Shown: positions 10,555-19,989 of the stretch, piece by piece
How the letters are laid out: each line of letters starts with the position of its first letter
Numbering within the stretch: position 1 is the stretch's first letter
Source of the DNA: an uncultured Candidatus Saccharibacteria bacterium
GTDB lineage: Bacteria > Patescibacteriota > UBA1384 > XYA2-FULL-43-10 > 1-14-0-10-43-13
Length of the DNA: 64,000 bases
Direction: 5' to 3'
Assembly: GCA_964628585.1 (NCBI GenBank)
Contig: CAZVMH010000005.1
Span: 2,491 to 66,490 of the forward strand
Translations under genes and position numbers: made by a program
Notes under the pieces: generated by a model
What the model saw: the letters and a program-made list of their open reading frames with translations, nothing else
The model's database searches: none
What the model was told of the DNA's origin: nothing

Positions 10555-11052
10555 CTATGATGATAATGCAGTAAGCGCCGGTTTGTTGGAGAGCGAACAA
10601 ACCGCTTCAGAGAGAAGCCCTCCGCAATTGCTTCTCTCTAGATAAATCTCGAACAGTACTTTGTCGAAGCTACCATAACGACGCATCAATGTCTCAATCT
10701 GAGCCATCAACATGCTCAGCTCTTCAAGCCCGACATAGTCTGTAGATATCACGCCGTCACAGTCTAGGCCAGACCCACATGCTGCAAACGTTATGACCTT
10801 GGTGAAACGTTTGCAAAACTCGACTGACCATCTCTCCCCCCCTGAAGAAAGGAGTATGATCCATGGCCTGTGCATCTTGAGAGCCCTTTGTGTCTCAAAT
10901 TCGTTATCGCAGATTACAACCTTGAAGAGTGGGGCGTTTAGACTTTCTTCTGCCCAACCAAGCTGGTGTAGCCAATTGATATTCTCCCCCACAATCAACA
11001 GTGAGGGTCGAATAGTTCGACTAGCCAACATTCCCTTCATCCAATCGCTCAT
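10555..11052 (-). CDS. Hypothetical protein with degenerate receiver-like domain
   Basis: GGAGG RBS; LLIVGEN / RPWIILLS / EELSMLMAQIETLMRR resemble receiver motifs without the acidic residues. Confidence 0.6.
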   Translation of the reverse strand: MSDWMKGMLASRTIRPSLLIVGENINWLHQLGWAEESLNAPLFKVVICDNEFETQRALKMHRPWIILLSSGGERWSVEFCKRFTKVITFAACGSGLDCDGVISTDYVGLEELSMLMAQIETLMRRYGSFDKVLFEIYLERSNCGGLLSEAVCSLSNKPALTALSS

Positions 11053-11141
11053 TCCTAACCTCCCACGAAGTATGACTTAGTCATAAGATACCACTTTTAT
11101 ACACTTATGTCTAATGTAAAATTTCTGTTTGTTGACAAAAT

Positions 11142-11183
11142 TAAAAATAAAACAGCCCGCGAGTCGGGACTGTTTTATTTTTA
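11142..11183. terminator. Intrinsic terminator
   Basis: TAAAAATAAAACAG-CCCG...CGGG-A-CTGTTTTATTTTTA inverted repeat. Confidence 0.7.
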
Positions 11184-11191
11184 ATTAATAT

Positions 11192-11665
11192 TTAGTTATC
11201 GCAACAATCGCCCGGACCAGGCCCACGGCCTCTTGCTTCACCTTTTCCGCCAAAACCCACTCCTCCCACTCCATAACTTTTCAATTTTGAAAAATCTATT
11301 CCACTTTCATCCTGCCATTTTTGATCCGCAGTGCGCTCTTCTTGCTCCCGTTTTTGAATTTCCTCTCTTTTTTGAACTAAGGTTTGTTTTTGTTCGGCAG
11401 TTATTGCTCCTTCACTGACTGCTTTATCTAAATTTGCATTAACTTGTTCTTGAGCTTGTGTTCGCTTCTCTTCACGGACTTGATTCATGGCTGTTGTTAT
11501 CTGCTCCTCTGAAACATTTAACTTTTTGGCCAAGTTCTGTGCCATCTCACCCTTACCATTTTCATACCCTGCCTTTACAATTCTGCTATTCCATAAAACT
11601 GCTCCACCAGCCATCAATCCTAAAACAATTAATGGGTATATTAAAAATTTAATTTTTTTATTCAT
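11192..11665 (-). CDS. Exported helical protein (YckD/DUF2680-like), downstream of the two-component genes
   Basis: AAAGGAGG RBS before MNKK; signal peptide; LDKAVSEGAITAEQ motif. Confidence 0.7.
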   Translation of the reverse strand: MNKKIKFLIYPLIVLGLMAGGAVLWNSRIVKAGYENGKGEMAQNLAKKLNVSEEQITTAMNQVREEKRTQAQEQVNANLDKAVSEGAITAEQKQTLVQKREEIQKREQEERTADQKWQDESGIDFSKLKSYGVGGVGFGGKGEARGRGPGPGDCCDN

Positions 11666-11750
11666 TTCCTCACCTCCTTTCAAATTAATTAAGATATTTC
11701 TATCCTAACTAGTTGAGCTGAGAAAATGCTTAATGAAATAATTTGATTAT

Positions 11751-12761
11751 TTAATTCATGGGAAAATGAATTATAAATTCGCTTCCTTTTCCCGGTTTTG
11801 AGTCAACTGATATTTGACCCCTATGAAGTTCAACAATACTTTTAGCAATTGAGAGTCCCAAACCGTAACCATCAATTTTCTCCTTAGAACGAGAAGTATC
11901 TGCTCTGTAGAAACGATTAAAAACGAAAGGAAGATCAGAGGATTTTATGCCGAGACCATTATCTTTAATTTTTACAATTATATCTTTCTTTTCTTCTGAC
12001 ATATTTATCCATATTCTTGAATTACTCGGACTATATTTAATAGCATTATCCAAAAGTATCACGAATAGTTCAACTAGACTCTGATAATCTCCTTTGATTG
12101 AGATGTTTTTAAATTCATTTTTAAATTCAATTGATTTTTTTTCTGCCAGACATGCAACTTTTTCATAGGAGTCAATAATAATGTCTTCCAAAGCGACCGT
12201 CTTGAAAATAACAGTTTTGTCATCATCGAATTTAGCTAATTTAAGAAGAGCGCTGGCAAGTGATTCCAATTTTGAAACCTCCTCTAGGTTACTATTTAGA
12301 AGTTTTTTAGCTTCACTCAAATTTAAATTTTTATCCTTTAAATTAACTTCTATTTCAGTACGAAGCGCGGTAAGGGGAGTACGAAGTTCATGCGAAGCGT
12401 CTGCTGTAAATCTGTTTTGAGCGTCCATTGTTTCCTCAATCGGTTTAAGAGTTTTTCGGGCCAAAAAATATCCCGCTACAGATGAAAGAATTAATATCAG
12501 TAAATTATAATAGATCAAATTGTTACGAAGGTTGTTGTTACTCTCATTAATTTGGTCTGTTCTTAACTGTTCCAAAATAGACGCCCTATCGGAAAAGCCC
12601 TGAATATTAATATCACGTAATGCACCAGCCTGTCTTCCCAAACCTCTTCCAAGCTCATTAGATGAAATCTGAAAAATTGCAATACTAAAAATTATACTAA
12701 TCGACATCGCAATCAGAACATAGAATAACGTCAATTTTAGGTGAGCAGTTTTAAAATGCAT
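11751..12761 (-). CDS. Sensor histidine kinase (HisKA + HATPase)
   Basis: ASHELRTPL, LLDNAIKYS, DNGLG, FYRAD, GYGLGLSIA. Confidence 0.95.
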   Translation of the reverse strand: MHFKTAHLKLTLFYVLIAMSISIIFSIAIFQISSNELGRGLGRQAGALRDINIQGFSDRASILEQLRTDQINESNNNLRNNLIYYNLLILILSSVAGYFLARKTLKPIEETMDAQNRFTADASHELRTPLTALRTEIEVNLKDKNLNLSEAKKLLNSNLEEVSKLESLASALLKLAKFDDDKTVIFKTVALEDIIIDSYEKVACLAEKKSIEFKNEFKNISIKGDYQSLVELFVILLDNAIKYSPSNSRIWINMSEEKKDIIVKIKDNGLGIKSSDLPFVFNRFYRADTSRSKEKIDGYGLGLSIAKSIVELHRGQISVDSKPGKGSEFIIHFPMN

Positions 12762-12833
12762 TGTTTGATTGAAATTAAGAAATATAAATTATGGACTATA
12801 CAATACTTCTGTGATTCTTATATTATTTATGAT

Positions 12834-13505
12834 TCATTCGGATATTTTGTACCCGAAACCTCTTATTGTCTTGATTATCTCTGGTTTCCCTTTAAACCTA
12901 TCGATTTTTTTGCGCAGATAACCGATATAAACCTCGACTGTGTTAGGAAGAATATCTGCATCGTAATCCCAAACATGAGAAATAATGTTATCTTTGGTCA
13001 GTATACGGCGGGGATTGCGCATTAAATATTCTAACAACGAAAACTCTTTATTTGAAAGTAGAATTTTCTTATTACCCCTGTAGACTTCAAATGTTAAGCT
13101 ATTTAGACTTAAATCTCCATATTTCAAAATATTGTCCATTGCTTTAGATGGCCTTCGCAGAAGAGCTCTTATCCGAGCCAAGAGCTCCTCAAAAGCAAAT
13201 GGCTTAACTAAGTAATCATCGGCTCCTGCATTTAAGCCCTCAACTCGATCCCTAATTTTATCTTTTGCAGTTAAAATTATAACCGGAATATTTATCTTTT
13301 TATTTCTTAAGACACCGCATATTTTAATACCATCAATCCCAGGCAACATTCTATCAAGTATGATAAGATCATACTCACAGGTCAGGGCAAACCCTATTCC
13401 GTCTTGACCGTCATATGACACATCAACAGCAAAAGATTCCTGTTCTAAGCCCTTTTTGATTGCATTTGCAATCTTGTGATCGTCTTCTACTATAAGGATT
13501 CTCAT
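12834..13505 (-). CDS. OmpR/PhoB-family response regulator
   Basis: MRILIVEDD, DLIILDRMLP, KPF, winged-helix end TIRGFGY. Confidence 0.95.
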   Translation of the reverse strand: MRILIVEDDHKIANAIKKGLEQESFAVDVSYDGQDGIGFALTCEYDLIILDRMLPGIDGIKICGVLRNKKINIPVIILTAKDKIRDRVEGLNAGADDYLVKPFAFEELLARIRALLRRPSKAMDNILKYGDLSLNSLTFEVYRGNKKILLSNKEFSLLEYLMRNPRRILTKDNIISHVWDYDADILPNTVEVYIGYLRKKIDRFKGKPEIIKTIRGFGYKISE

Positions 13506-13544
13506 GGCATTCACCCTTATTAACAAACAATATTTAGCAGATCC

Positions 13545-13609
13545 TTGTCCCGCCCCTAACGAAGCTTTAGCGAAGTGGGGTGATCGTCTTCGATTATAAG
13601 TATTCTCAT
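13545..13609 (-). pseudogene. Duplicated 5' fragment of the response regulator interrupted by a hairpin insert
   Basis: Encodes MRILIIEDDH then PTSLKLR*; the intact gene starts MRILIVEDDH. Confidence 0.7.
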
Positions 13610-13696
13610 AGTTTATAGATTATAGCATAAAACTTAAAACAAACTGAGAATATTTATGTTCTTATTTCTAGAGAATATTTTTTAACTTAATGGTGT

Positions 13697-14644
13697 TTAT
13701 TTTTTTGCTTCTAGGTAACCCAATGTAAGTACGCTCGAAGAAAAGGCCTGATAAGCACCACTCAAGACAATTAGGACGGCAATTAATACTAATGCTAAAA
13801 GTCCACCAATGATATAGCCAATAACAGGAGTTACTAAGTAAAATAGATATCCAATTAAGAAAATTATTAATCCTGGAACGACCAGCAAGATCATCATCGC
13901 AAAAGCAAAAGCCAAATTAAAGCCAAAAATTATTAAGAACAAAATGACAAAATTTGACCAATTTGCATTAAAAATTTTATAACCTGCCTTTAATGCTTCG
14001 TATGGTTTGTGTTGGTTCAAAAAGAGTGCTCTTTCGGCTACTGGCACTATTAAACACAGATAAATAATACCGACAATGAATATCAAAAAGGCCAATACCC
14101 CAAAAATAATTGCTGGAATTATCAATCCTGCAATTCCAAATATTATTGTGGGCAGAGCCAATACGAAGATTGAAAGCATTACAAAAATAAACAGCAAAAG
14201 TCCAAAGCTTAATCGGCGCCAAAAGAATCGGTGGCCCTTGCCCCATGCATCCTTAAAGTTACTTTCTTTCCCTGCTGCTAAATCGGCCACTGATAAAACA
14301 ATAGCCCCCATAGCTGTAACTGAAACATAAATTAAAGCTAGAACAATCAACACTACAAAAAGAATAATTAAACCTAAAGTAACAAGCTCAGGAATGGAAG
14401 GAGGTGTTTTTACAGGAGAAAGAGCTTGTGCTTTTGATGTGAAAAAGTTTAATGCTGATTCTGAAGTTGCTGGCAAATGAAACATTTCTTTGGCCTTGTC
14501 CATATCAAAATCATCCGAATTTGAACTGTAGCTCATAGCATTACTGCCAAAACTGGCACCGCCAATAAAAAGACCGAGTAACCACAAAAATTTGTGTCTA
14601 ATCGTTATTCTGAATGAGTCTTTAATAATCCTTGAAAAATTCAT
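13697..14644 (-). CDS. Multi-pass membrane protein
   Basis: Several TM segments; KFLWLLGLF N-terminus. Confidence 0.8.
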   Translation of the reverse strand: MNFSRIIKDSFRITIRHKFLWLLGLFIGGASFGSNAMSYSSNSDDFDMDKAKEMFHLPATSESALNFFTSKAQALSPVKTPPSIPELVTLGLIILFVVLIVLALIYVSVTAMGAIVLSVADLAAGKESNFKDAWGKGHRFFWRRLSFGLLLFIFVMLSIFVLALPTIIFGIAGLIIPAIIFGVLAFLIFIVGIIYLCLIVPVAERALFLNQHKPYEALKAGYKIFNANWSNFVILFLIIFGFNLAFAFAMMILLVVPGLIIFLIGYLFYLVTPVIGYIIGGLLALVLIAVLIVLSGAYQAFSSSVLTLGYLEAKK

Positions 14645-14769
14645 CTTCCCTGAAAATTATTTTCTTGTCTTTGAGGTTGATTTGCGGTTTTATTTTCTAA
14701 AGCAAAGACGCCATATACAGCAAAACCGATTGCCAAGACTGCGAGAATAGAAATGATTATTTTTTTCAT
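14641..14769 (-). CDS. 42-aa small exported or membrane peptide (absent from ORF track)
   Basis: MKKIIISILAVLAIGFAVYGVFALENKTANQPQRQENNFQGR*; ATGA overlap with next gene. Confidence 0.65.
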   Translation of the reverse strand: MKKIIISILAVLAIGFAVYGVFALENKTANQPQRQENNFQGR

Positions 14770-14783
14770 TTCAAGATGTTTAG

Positions 14784-15794
14784 CTATTTAACAAATTTAA
14801 TGATTAAGCTATCCTTTTTAAGGCCGGCAAGCCAATCAGTAAAGTTATTGTCAATTTTGCCCGTGCGTTCTTCAACTTTGATTATATGCCAACCAAAACT
14901 TGTTTTGACTGGATCTGAAACTTTTCCTACTTCGGCCGAAAAAGCAACATTAGAAAATTCTTCTACCATTTCACCCTTAGCGAAAGATTCTAGCAATCCA
15001 CCATTTTCAGCGCTACCGGTGTCCTCTGAATACTTTTTGGCTGCTTCTGAAAAATCTAAACCATTCTGAATTTCTGTTTTTATACCTTCAATTTTTGTCT
15101 TTGTTTCGGCAACTTTTTCTGGCACAACATTTTCATCTGCCCGGACTAAAATGTGTCTGGCTGTGACTCGCATTATCAATTTTTTATTAATATTGTCTCT
15201 TAATATTTGAGTCCTAATTAATTTCTTAAATTGTTCAATATTCAGACCGTAAAGATCACTCAGAACTTTTTCTACCTGATCCTGACCACCGTTTTGTTCA
15301 ATAATTTGATCAAGTGTCGAATTAACCTCAACTTTGCTTACTTTTTCGCCATATAGAAATGCCTGCAACGAAAGAAGCTTATTTTCTGCTAATTGATTAA
15401 TTATTTCAGCATCGATTGCTTTGTAATCTAGATCGGCCTGACCTGTTGAGTTGTAAAAATGATGGATATAATCCCGCTCTCTTAAGTATTCATTATATGA
15501 GATAAAGCTCTGATTCACTACCGCGGCTGGATAGGGGACAACCTTGGCCGCAATTCTAGTGACTTTATCAGTTGAGTGAAAACCATAAATTAGAACGGCA
15601 AAAACCAGCTCAATAATTCCAATAATAAAACCGACAAAAACAATTACTTTTATCCCTTTAGACGAAACAAGAAATCGTGATACGGGATTCCCTTTTAAAA
15701 ATTTTAGGGTGGCGTTTAATGCAATGCCGATTTTATTTCCAATCAGAATTAAGAATTTTTTGATTGCGATTAAAATTTCGATTACTTTTTTCAT
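14784..15794 (-). CDS. PrsA/SurA-like parvulin peptidyl-prolyl isomerase
   Basis: ARHILV, FSEAAKKYSED, GGLL, VKTSFGWHIIKV; N-terminal TM. Confidence 0.9.
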   Translation of the reverse strand: MKKVIEILIAIKKFLILIGNKIGIALNATLKFLKGNPVSRFLVSSKGIKVIVFVGFIIGIIELVFAVLIYGFHSTDKVTRIAAKVVPYPAAVVNQSFISYNEYLRERDYIHHFYNSTGQADLDYKAIDAEIINQLAENKLLSLQAFLYGEKVSKVEVNSTLDQIIEQNGGQDQVEKVLSDLYGLNIEQFKKLIRTQILRDNINKKLIMRVTARHILVRADENVVPEKVAETKTKIEGIKTEIQNGLDFSEAAKKYSEDTGSAENGGLLESFAKGEMVEEFSNVAFSAEVGKVSDPVKTSFGWHIIKVEERTGKIDNNFTDWLAGLKKDSLIIKFVK

Positions 15795-15850
15795 GTTTTC
15801 CTATTATTAAATGTTATTACATTTCACTATATATATAAATTATAAAAAAT

Positions 15851-16414
15851 TCAAATTCCCCAGATTGAAGTTGAAAAAATTATCAAAATGGTTGCACTAA
15901 AAAGAATGATGTAGCTCAAAAAATTTTTATCTTCATGCTTTGCTAGCACAGTATAACAGAAACCAATAAAAATGTAAGAGACAGCCGCTATTATCATACT
16001 TTTGCTTATTGGGCTAATTAAAAAATAATTAAGCGCTAAAAATACTTCAAGTGTAATTATACTAAATAATAAAAGATAAATAAGGCGCTGATTCCCTAAA
16101 ATTCCAATTTTTTGTTCAGTATAGACGAAAAGATAACCAAAGATAACCAAAATAATCAACATTACAAACCAAAGCGGTAGCCCAAATTGGAAGAGAAAAC
16201 CAAAAAGGCTATAGGAGACTAAAAAAGAGGAAATTATTAGTAAAATTATTGGAGCAACTTCGTAAATTATCAAAAAAAAACAAACTAGTGCCAAAACAGA
16301 GATAGCTATTTTAGAATATATGGCCTGATTAATAAGCCAAAAAGAAATGATACCCCAGGCAATAATTAAGGAAAGAAGTAGTTTTCTATTAAGTTTATTA
16401 TACAAAAAAGCCAT
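15851..16414 (-). CDS. Integral membrane protein
   Basis: Highly hydrophobic ORF. Confidence 0.7.
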   Translation of the reverse strand: MAFLYNKLNRKLLLSLIIAWGIISFWLINQAIYSKIAISVLALVCFFLIIYEVAPIILLIISSFLVSYSLFGFLFQFGLPLWFVMLIILVIFGYLFVYTEQKIGILGNQRLIYLLLFSIITLEVFLALNYFLISPISKSMIIAAVSYIFIGFCYTVLAKHEDKNFLSYIILFSATILIIFSTSIWGI

Positions 16415-16526
16415 ATTGGGTTATTTGTCATTTACCATATTTTCCCGAAGGGACCACCTTGAGGCATATCTCATTTATATATCAAATGATTAAATATATG
16501 ACATATGATATATGAGCTATGAACTA

Positions 16527-17885
16527 TTATTCGATACCCTTATAATCATCGCCCACAATGATCTTTATTTGTGCAGTCTGATTTTCAGACGGTTTTTTAC
16601 TCACAACTAAACAATTAAGCTTTAATTTTAATTCATCGACTAAGTCATTCTCACTTGTTTCAAGATAACTGTAAAGAATGGTTTGTTTATATTTTTCGGT
16701 ACTTGTGGTAACACTGACCACGTTATAACCTAATTTTTTGAGCGAAACAGACAATTTCTCACCTAAACCGGCTGTTTTAGAACCATTCTCTATTGCGATT
16801 TTGATATCAACTGTATTTGCTGTGCTAAAAATATTTTTGGCGATCTGACGTAATACCGAAAAATTGCTAACTTTCGCCATTAAATAAAAAGTCCCGGAAG
16901 ACGAATCGGAGTATAGATGTCCGTCAGGACCGTTGTCTAGCACTTTGTTAATAATATTTGCAGAATCAACTTCTTTTACAGTATCGGCCAAGCTTTTAAT
17001 ATCGGATGCACTCATATCGGTACGAACATGATTCCCCACAATAGCTACAATATCTAATATCTTTTTTGGATTTGCAAAAACCCCTGCTTTCATCGCTTTT
17101 TCTTTTGTCGCCCTAAGAATCAGTTGTTGCCTTCTAGCTCTATCAAAATCAGAAGTAGATTCTCTGGAACGAGCATATTTTAGGGCCGTTTTCCCGTCTA
17201 AGTGTTGTTGCCCTGCCTTTATAGAGAAAGTTGAATAACCCACCATTCTTTCATCGGGATAAGATGGATCATAAATTGCTTTTTCGACATAGACATCCAC
17301 TCCGCCCAATTCATCAATTAGTTTTTGAAAACCAACAAAGTCTACTGAAACATAGAAATGAATTGGTATTTCAAAAACATTTGAGACTGTTTGACGTGTT
17401 AAATTAGCACCAGCCGCCATTGCACTGTCTAGACATTGTGATTGGACCTTTTTCTTGCAATCTTTCTGTAAATAATCGTTATAACCATCTGCAAAAGCAG
17501 AATTAATTTTCCCAGATCCATGATTATTGATTGGCACATATAAATCCCGAGGGATAGAGATCATCGCCATTTTCTTTTCTTTTGGTTTTATCGAAAAAAT
17601 CATTAGTGAATCTGTTAAAAGTCCGCCAGGATGATTTTCGCCGCCTCTACCCATAACCAATATATTGACTCTATCCTGTTTAAAAATATCGCTCTGTTCG
17701 CCTTTAATAATACTAAAAAGACCAGAATCACCGCTCAAACCTTTATCAAAGACTCTTGATCCCGTGGCATAAAGATACGAAACATAAGACAAAATTATAA
17801 CAAGAATGGAGCCAAAAACTACTAGCCCAATTTTTCTTTTTTTCTTTTTTGGTTTATCTTTGTTTGTAGCGCTAAAAAACTTCAT
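16527..17885 (-). CDS. LCP-family protein with LytR C-terminal domain
   Basis: NILVMG, TDSLM, SIPRDLYV, KINSA, SDFDRARRQQ, ENGS...GLG, IIVGDDY. Confidence 0.93.
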   Translation of the reverse strand: MKFFSATNKDKPKKKKRKIGLVVFGSILVIILSYVSYLYATGSRVFDKGLSGDSGLFSIIKGEQSDIFKQDRVNILVMGRGGENHPGGLLTDSLMIFSIKPKEKKMAMISIPRDLYVPINNHGSGKINSAFADGYNDYLQKDCKKKVQSQCLDSAMAAGANLTRQTVSNVFEIPIHFYVSVDFVGFQKLIDELGGVDVYVEKAIYDPSYPDERMVGYSTFSIKAGQQHLDGKTALKYARSRESTSDFDRARRQQLILRATKEKAMKAGVFANPKKILDIVAIVGNHVRTDMSASDIKSLADTVKEVDSANIINKVLDNGPDGHLYSDSSSGTFYLMAKVSNFSVLRQIAKNIFSTANTVDIKIAIENGSKTAGLGEKLSVSLKKLGYNVVSVTTSTEKYKQTILYSYLETSENDLVDELKLKLNCLVVSKKPSENQTAQIKIIVGDDYKGIE

Positions 17886-17935
17886 TGTATGTTAAACCTT
17901 TATCTTATACTAATAAGTATTATACGAAAAAAAAG

Positions 17936-18322
17936 TTACTTAAGTCTAGACTTTGGTCTGGTAATATTCGGCATATGATCATATTTAGGCATTACAGGAC
18001 CTGAGTATTCATCTTTAATAATATTGGATTTATCTGAAATATTATTGACTGGTATATTCAAACCAAAAGCTAAAATATTTGCAGTCGTTACACCAACACG
18101 AAGTGAAGTATATAGACCAGGCCCAGGGTTTACTTCAATTGCACCAATATCCTTTTTGCTTAGGTTATGTTTTTTAAGAAATCGGTCGATATTAACAAGC
18201 AAAGTGTCAGTCAATTTCATTCCTTCGATTTTCATAGTACCTGTCATTTCACGATCACAAACTAATCCGATTGTTGGGGTCTCTGAAGCTGAATCAATTT
18301 GCAACACATATTCATTTTTCAT
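17936..18322 (-). CDS. tsaB: t6A biosynthesis protein TsaB, short form
   Basis: LQIDSAS, GPGLYTSLRVGVTTAN; adjacent to tsaE. Confidence 0.85.
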   Translation of the reverse strand: MKNEYVLQIDSASETPTIGLVCDREMTGTMKIEGMKLTDTLLVNIDRFLKKHNLSKKDIGAIEVNPGPGLYTSLRVGVTTANILAFGLNIPVNNISDKSNIIKDEYSGPVMPKYDHMPNITRPKSRLK

Positions 18323-18743
18323 GTTCAATCTTTCTTGAGTTTTCATTAATATATGAGAATTTTATCTTTTTGATCTGTTTTGTAAAAAGTGACTCAATTT
18401 TTTTTGGCCATTCAATTATCAAAACTGTGTCTTCTTTGCCAATAAGTTCCAATAAACCAATTGCCTCTGCATCAGCTGTATTATTAAGGCGATAACAATC
18501 CAAATGTGCAATGTTTTTTATATTATTGATTGATTCTGGCAACTGGTATTGCTTCATTATGACGAATGTTGGACTATTAATGATTCGCTCTACACCCAAT
18601 GCTTTAGCGAAATAGCGAGCAAAGGTCGTTTTACCACTTCCCAAGTCTCCGTACAGAGCAAAAACGTCACCGCCTTTTGCATTTTTTGCAATTTTTTGGG
18701 CAATTTCTAAAGTTTCTTTTTCAGAATGAGAGATATATTCCAT
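18312..18743 (-). CDS. tsaE: t6A biosynthesis ATPase TsaE
   Basis: GDLGSGKT, SPTF, HLDCYRL, IEWP. Confidence 0.95.
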   Translation of the reverse strand: MEYISHSEKETLEIAQKIAKNAKGGDVFALYGDLGSGKTTFARYFAKALGVERIINSPTFVIMKQYQLPESINNIKNIAHLDCYRLNNTADAEAIGLLELIGKEDTVLIIEWPKKIESLFTKQIKKIKFSYINENSRKIEHEK

Positions 18744-19957
18744 AAAAAAGTGAGCATTAATCCAAAAATTGGATATATAAATGGTGGTACGCCTGTCTTT
18801 GGCAAGGTCACTTTTGCAACAGAGACAATTTTAACATCTTCCTGCTTGAATGGCAATATCCTTAAAATTCCATTGTAAGTTGATAAGACTCCGGCAATTT
18901 GAAAAGTATCACCTTTTTTCATTGCTGGCTTTTCAATATTCGTTCCTTCTTTAATGATAACTTTTATCTCTTTGCCTTTCGAATCAGCGATTGAAAAAGT
19001 ATCACCAGAGGTTGAAACCACCACTCCAGTTGTTTGAATATACTCACCAACCTGATCGTTTGTGATATCGCTGATTATTCTTTCCATGGGAGGATCAATT
19101 TCTTTGTGGTTTATCATAGTAATGTCCAATGGGTCAACTATTTTAATTCTTCTCTCTCCTGAAATTGAGGAAATTTCGCCCATAACCGATATTAAGTCTC
19201 CTTCTGTTAAGGTTGGAAAATCTTTATCATAATTATAGATTTGAATTCCACCGGTTTCATCCTGAATATAAAAATAATTTGATGATAGTTGCCCCGGTAT
19301 TGCTGTTACTATACCCTGAACCAAAACTTCTTCTCCGTTTTCTTTTCCTTCGGCTGATGCAATTGAAATAATTTCTTGTCCGCCCGTGTCTTCATCTATG
19401 ATGCTCGGAACTTCATATTTAATATTTGTTTCTCCTGGCGTTGGAATTGATATCAACAAATCACTAGCACTATCTGTATCAACACCATTTGGCAATCGAG
19501 ATATGGATTTACCTCGATAATTATCGAGATTTAAAGTGACAGAATCGACAGGAGTATCTGCTCCAAATATTAAAGTTAGAATATCTTCGCTAGCATAATT
19601 GATTCTGAATGTTAAAACATTGTTAGGCGCCATTTCTGTATCTGTAGATCTATAAAGTATAAAGTATTGCTCACTCCCAATTTCATCGAACAATGATAGA
19701 TCAATAGTATTGCCAGTTTTTCTACTAATAAAATAGCCTTTTAATGAAATCGGATCAGCGGTTGGATTATATAATTCGATGAATTGATCCGAATAATTTA
19801 GAACATCTGTCCCAGTAAAAATTTCATTTATAAGAAGATGATCTGCCCTTGCCGCCGCATTTTCTGCTCTACAATGAGAAAAATTAAATAAAAAAATTGC
19901 ACCCAATACAAATGTGCAACAATATAATAACTTTTTAATTGCCCCAACCTTTTTCAT
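18707..19957 (-). CDS. Exported lamin-tail-domain + OB-fold protein with LPKTG-TM-KKK tail
   Basis: LLINEI...FIELYNPT...PTPGETN; FYIQDETGGI; LPKTG then hydrophobic stretch and KKKL. Confidence 0.8.
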   Translation of the reverse strand: MKKVGAIKKLLYCCTFVLGAIFLFNFSHCRAENAAARADHLLINEIFTGTDVLNYSDQFIELYNPTADPISLKGYFISRKTGNTIDLSLFDEIGSEQYFILYRSTDTEMAPNNVLTFRINYASEDILTLIFGADTPVDSVTLNLDNYRGKSISRLPNGVDTDSASDLLISIPTPGETNIKYEVPSIIDEDTGGQEIISIASAEGKENGEEVLVQGIVTAIPGQLSSNYFYIQDETGGIQIYNYDKDFPTLTEGDLISVMGEISSISGERRIKIVDPLDITMINHKEIDPPMERIISDITNDQVGEYIQTTGVVVSTSGDTFSIADSKGKEIKVIIKEGTNIEKPAMKKGDTFQIAGVLSTYNGILRILPFKQEDVKIVSVAKVTLPKTGVPPFIYPIFGLMLTFLWNISLILKKKL

Positions 19958-19989
19958 AATTATATTATACTATTAATTACAAATTGTAA

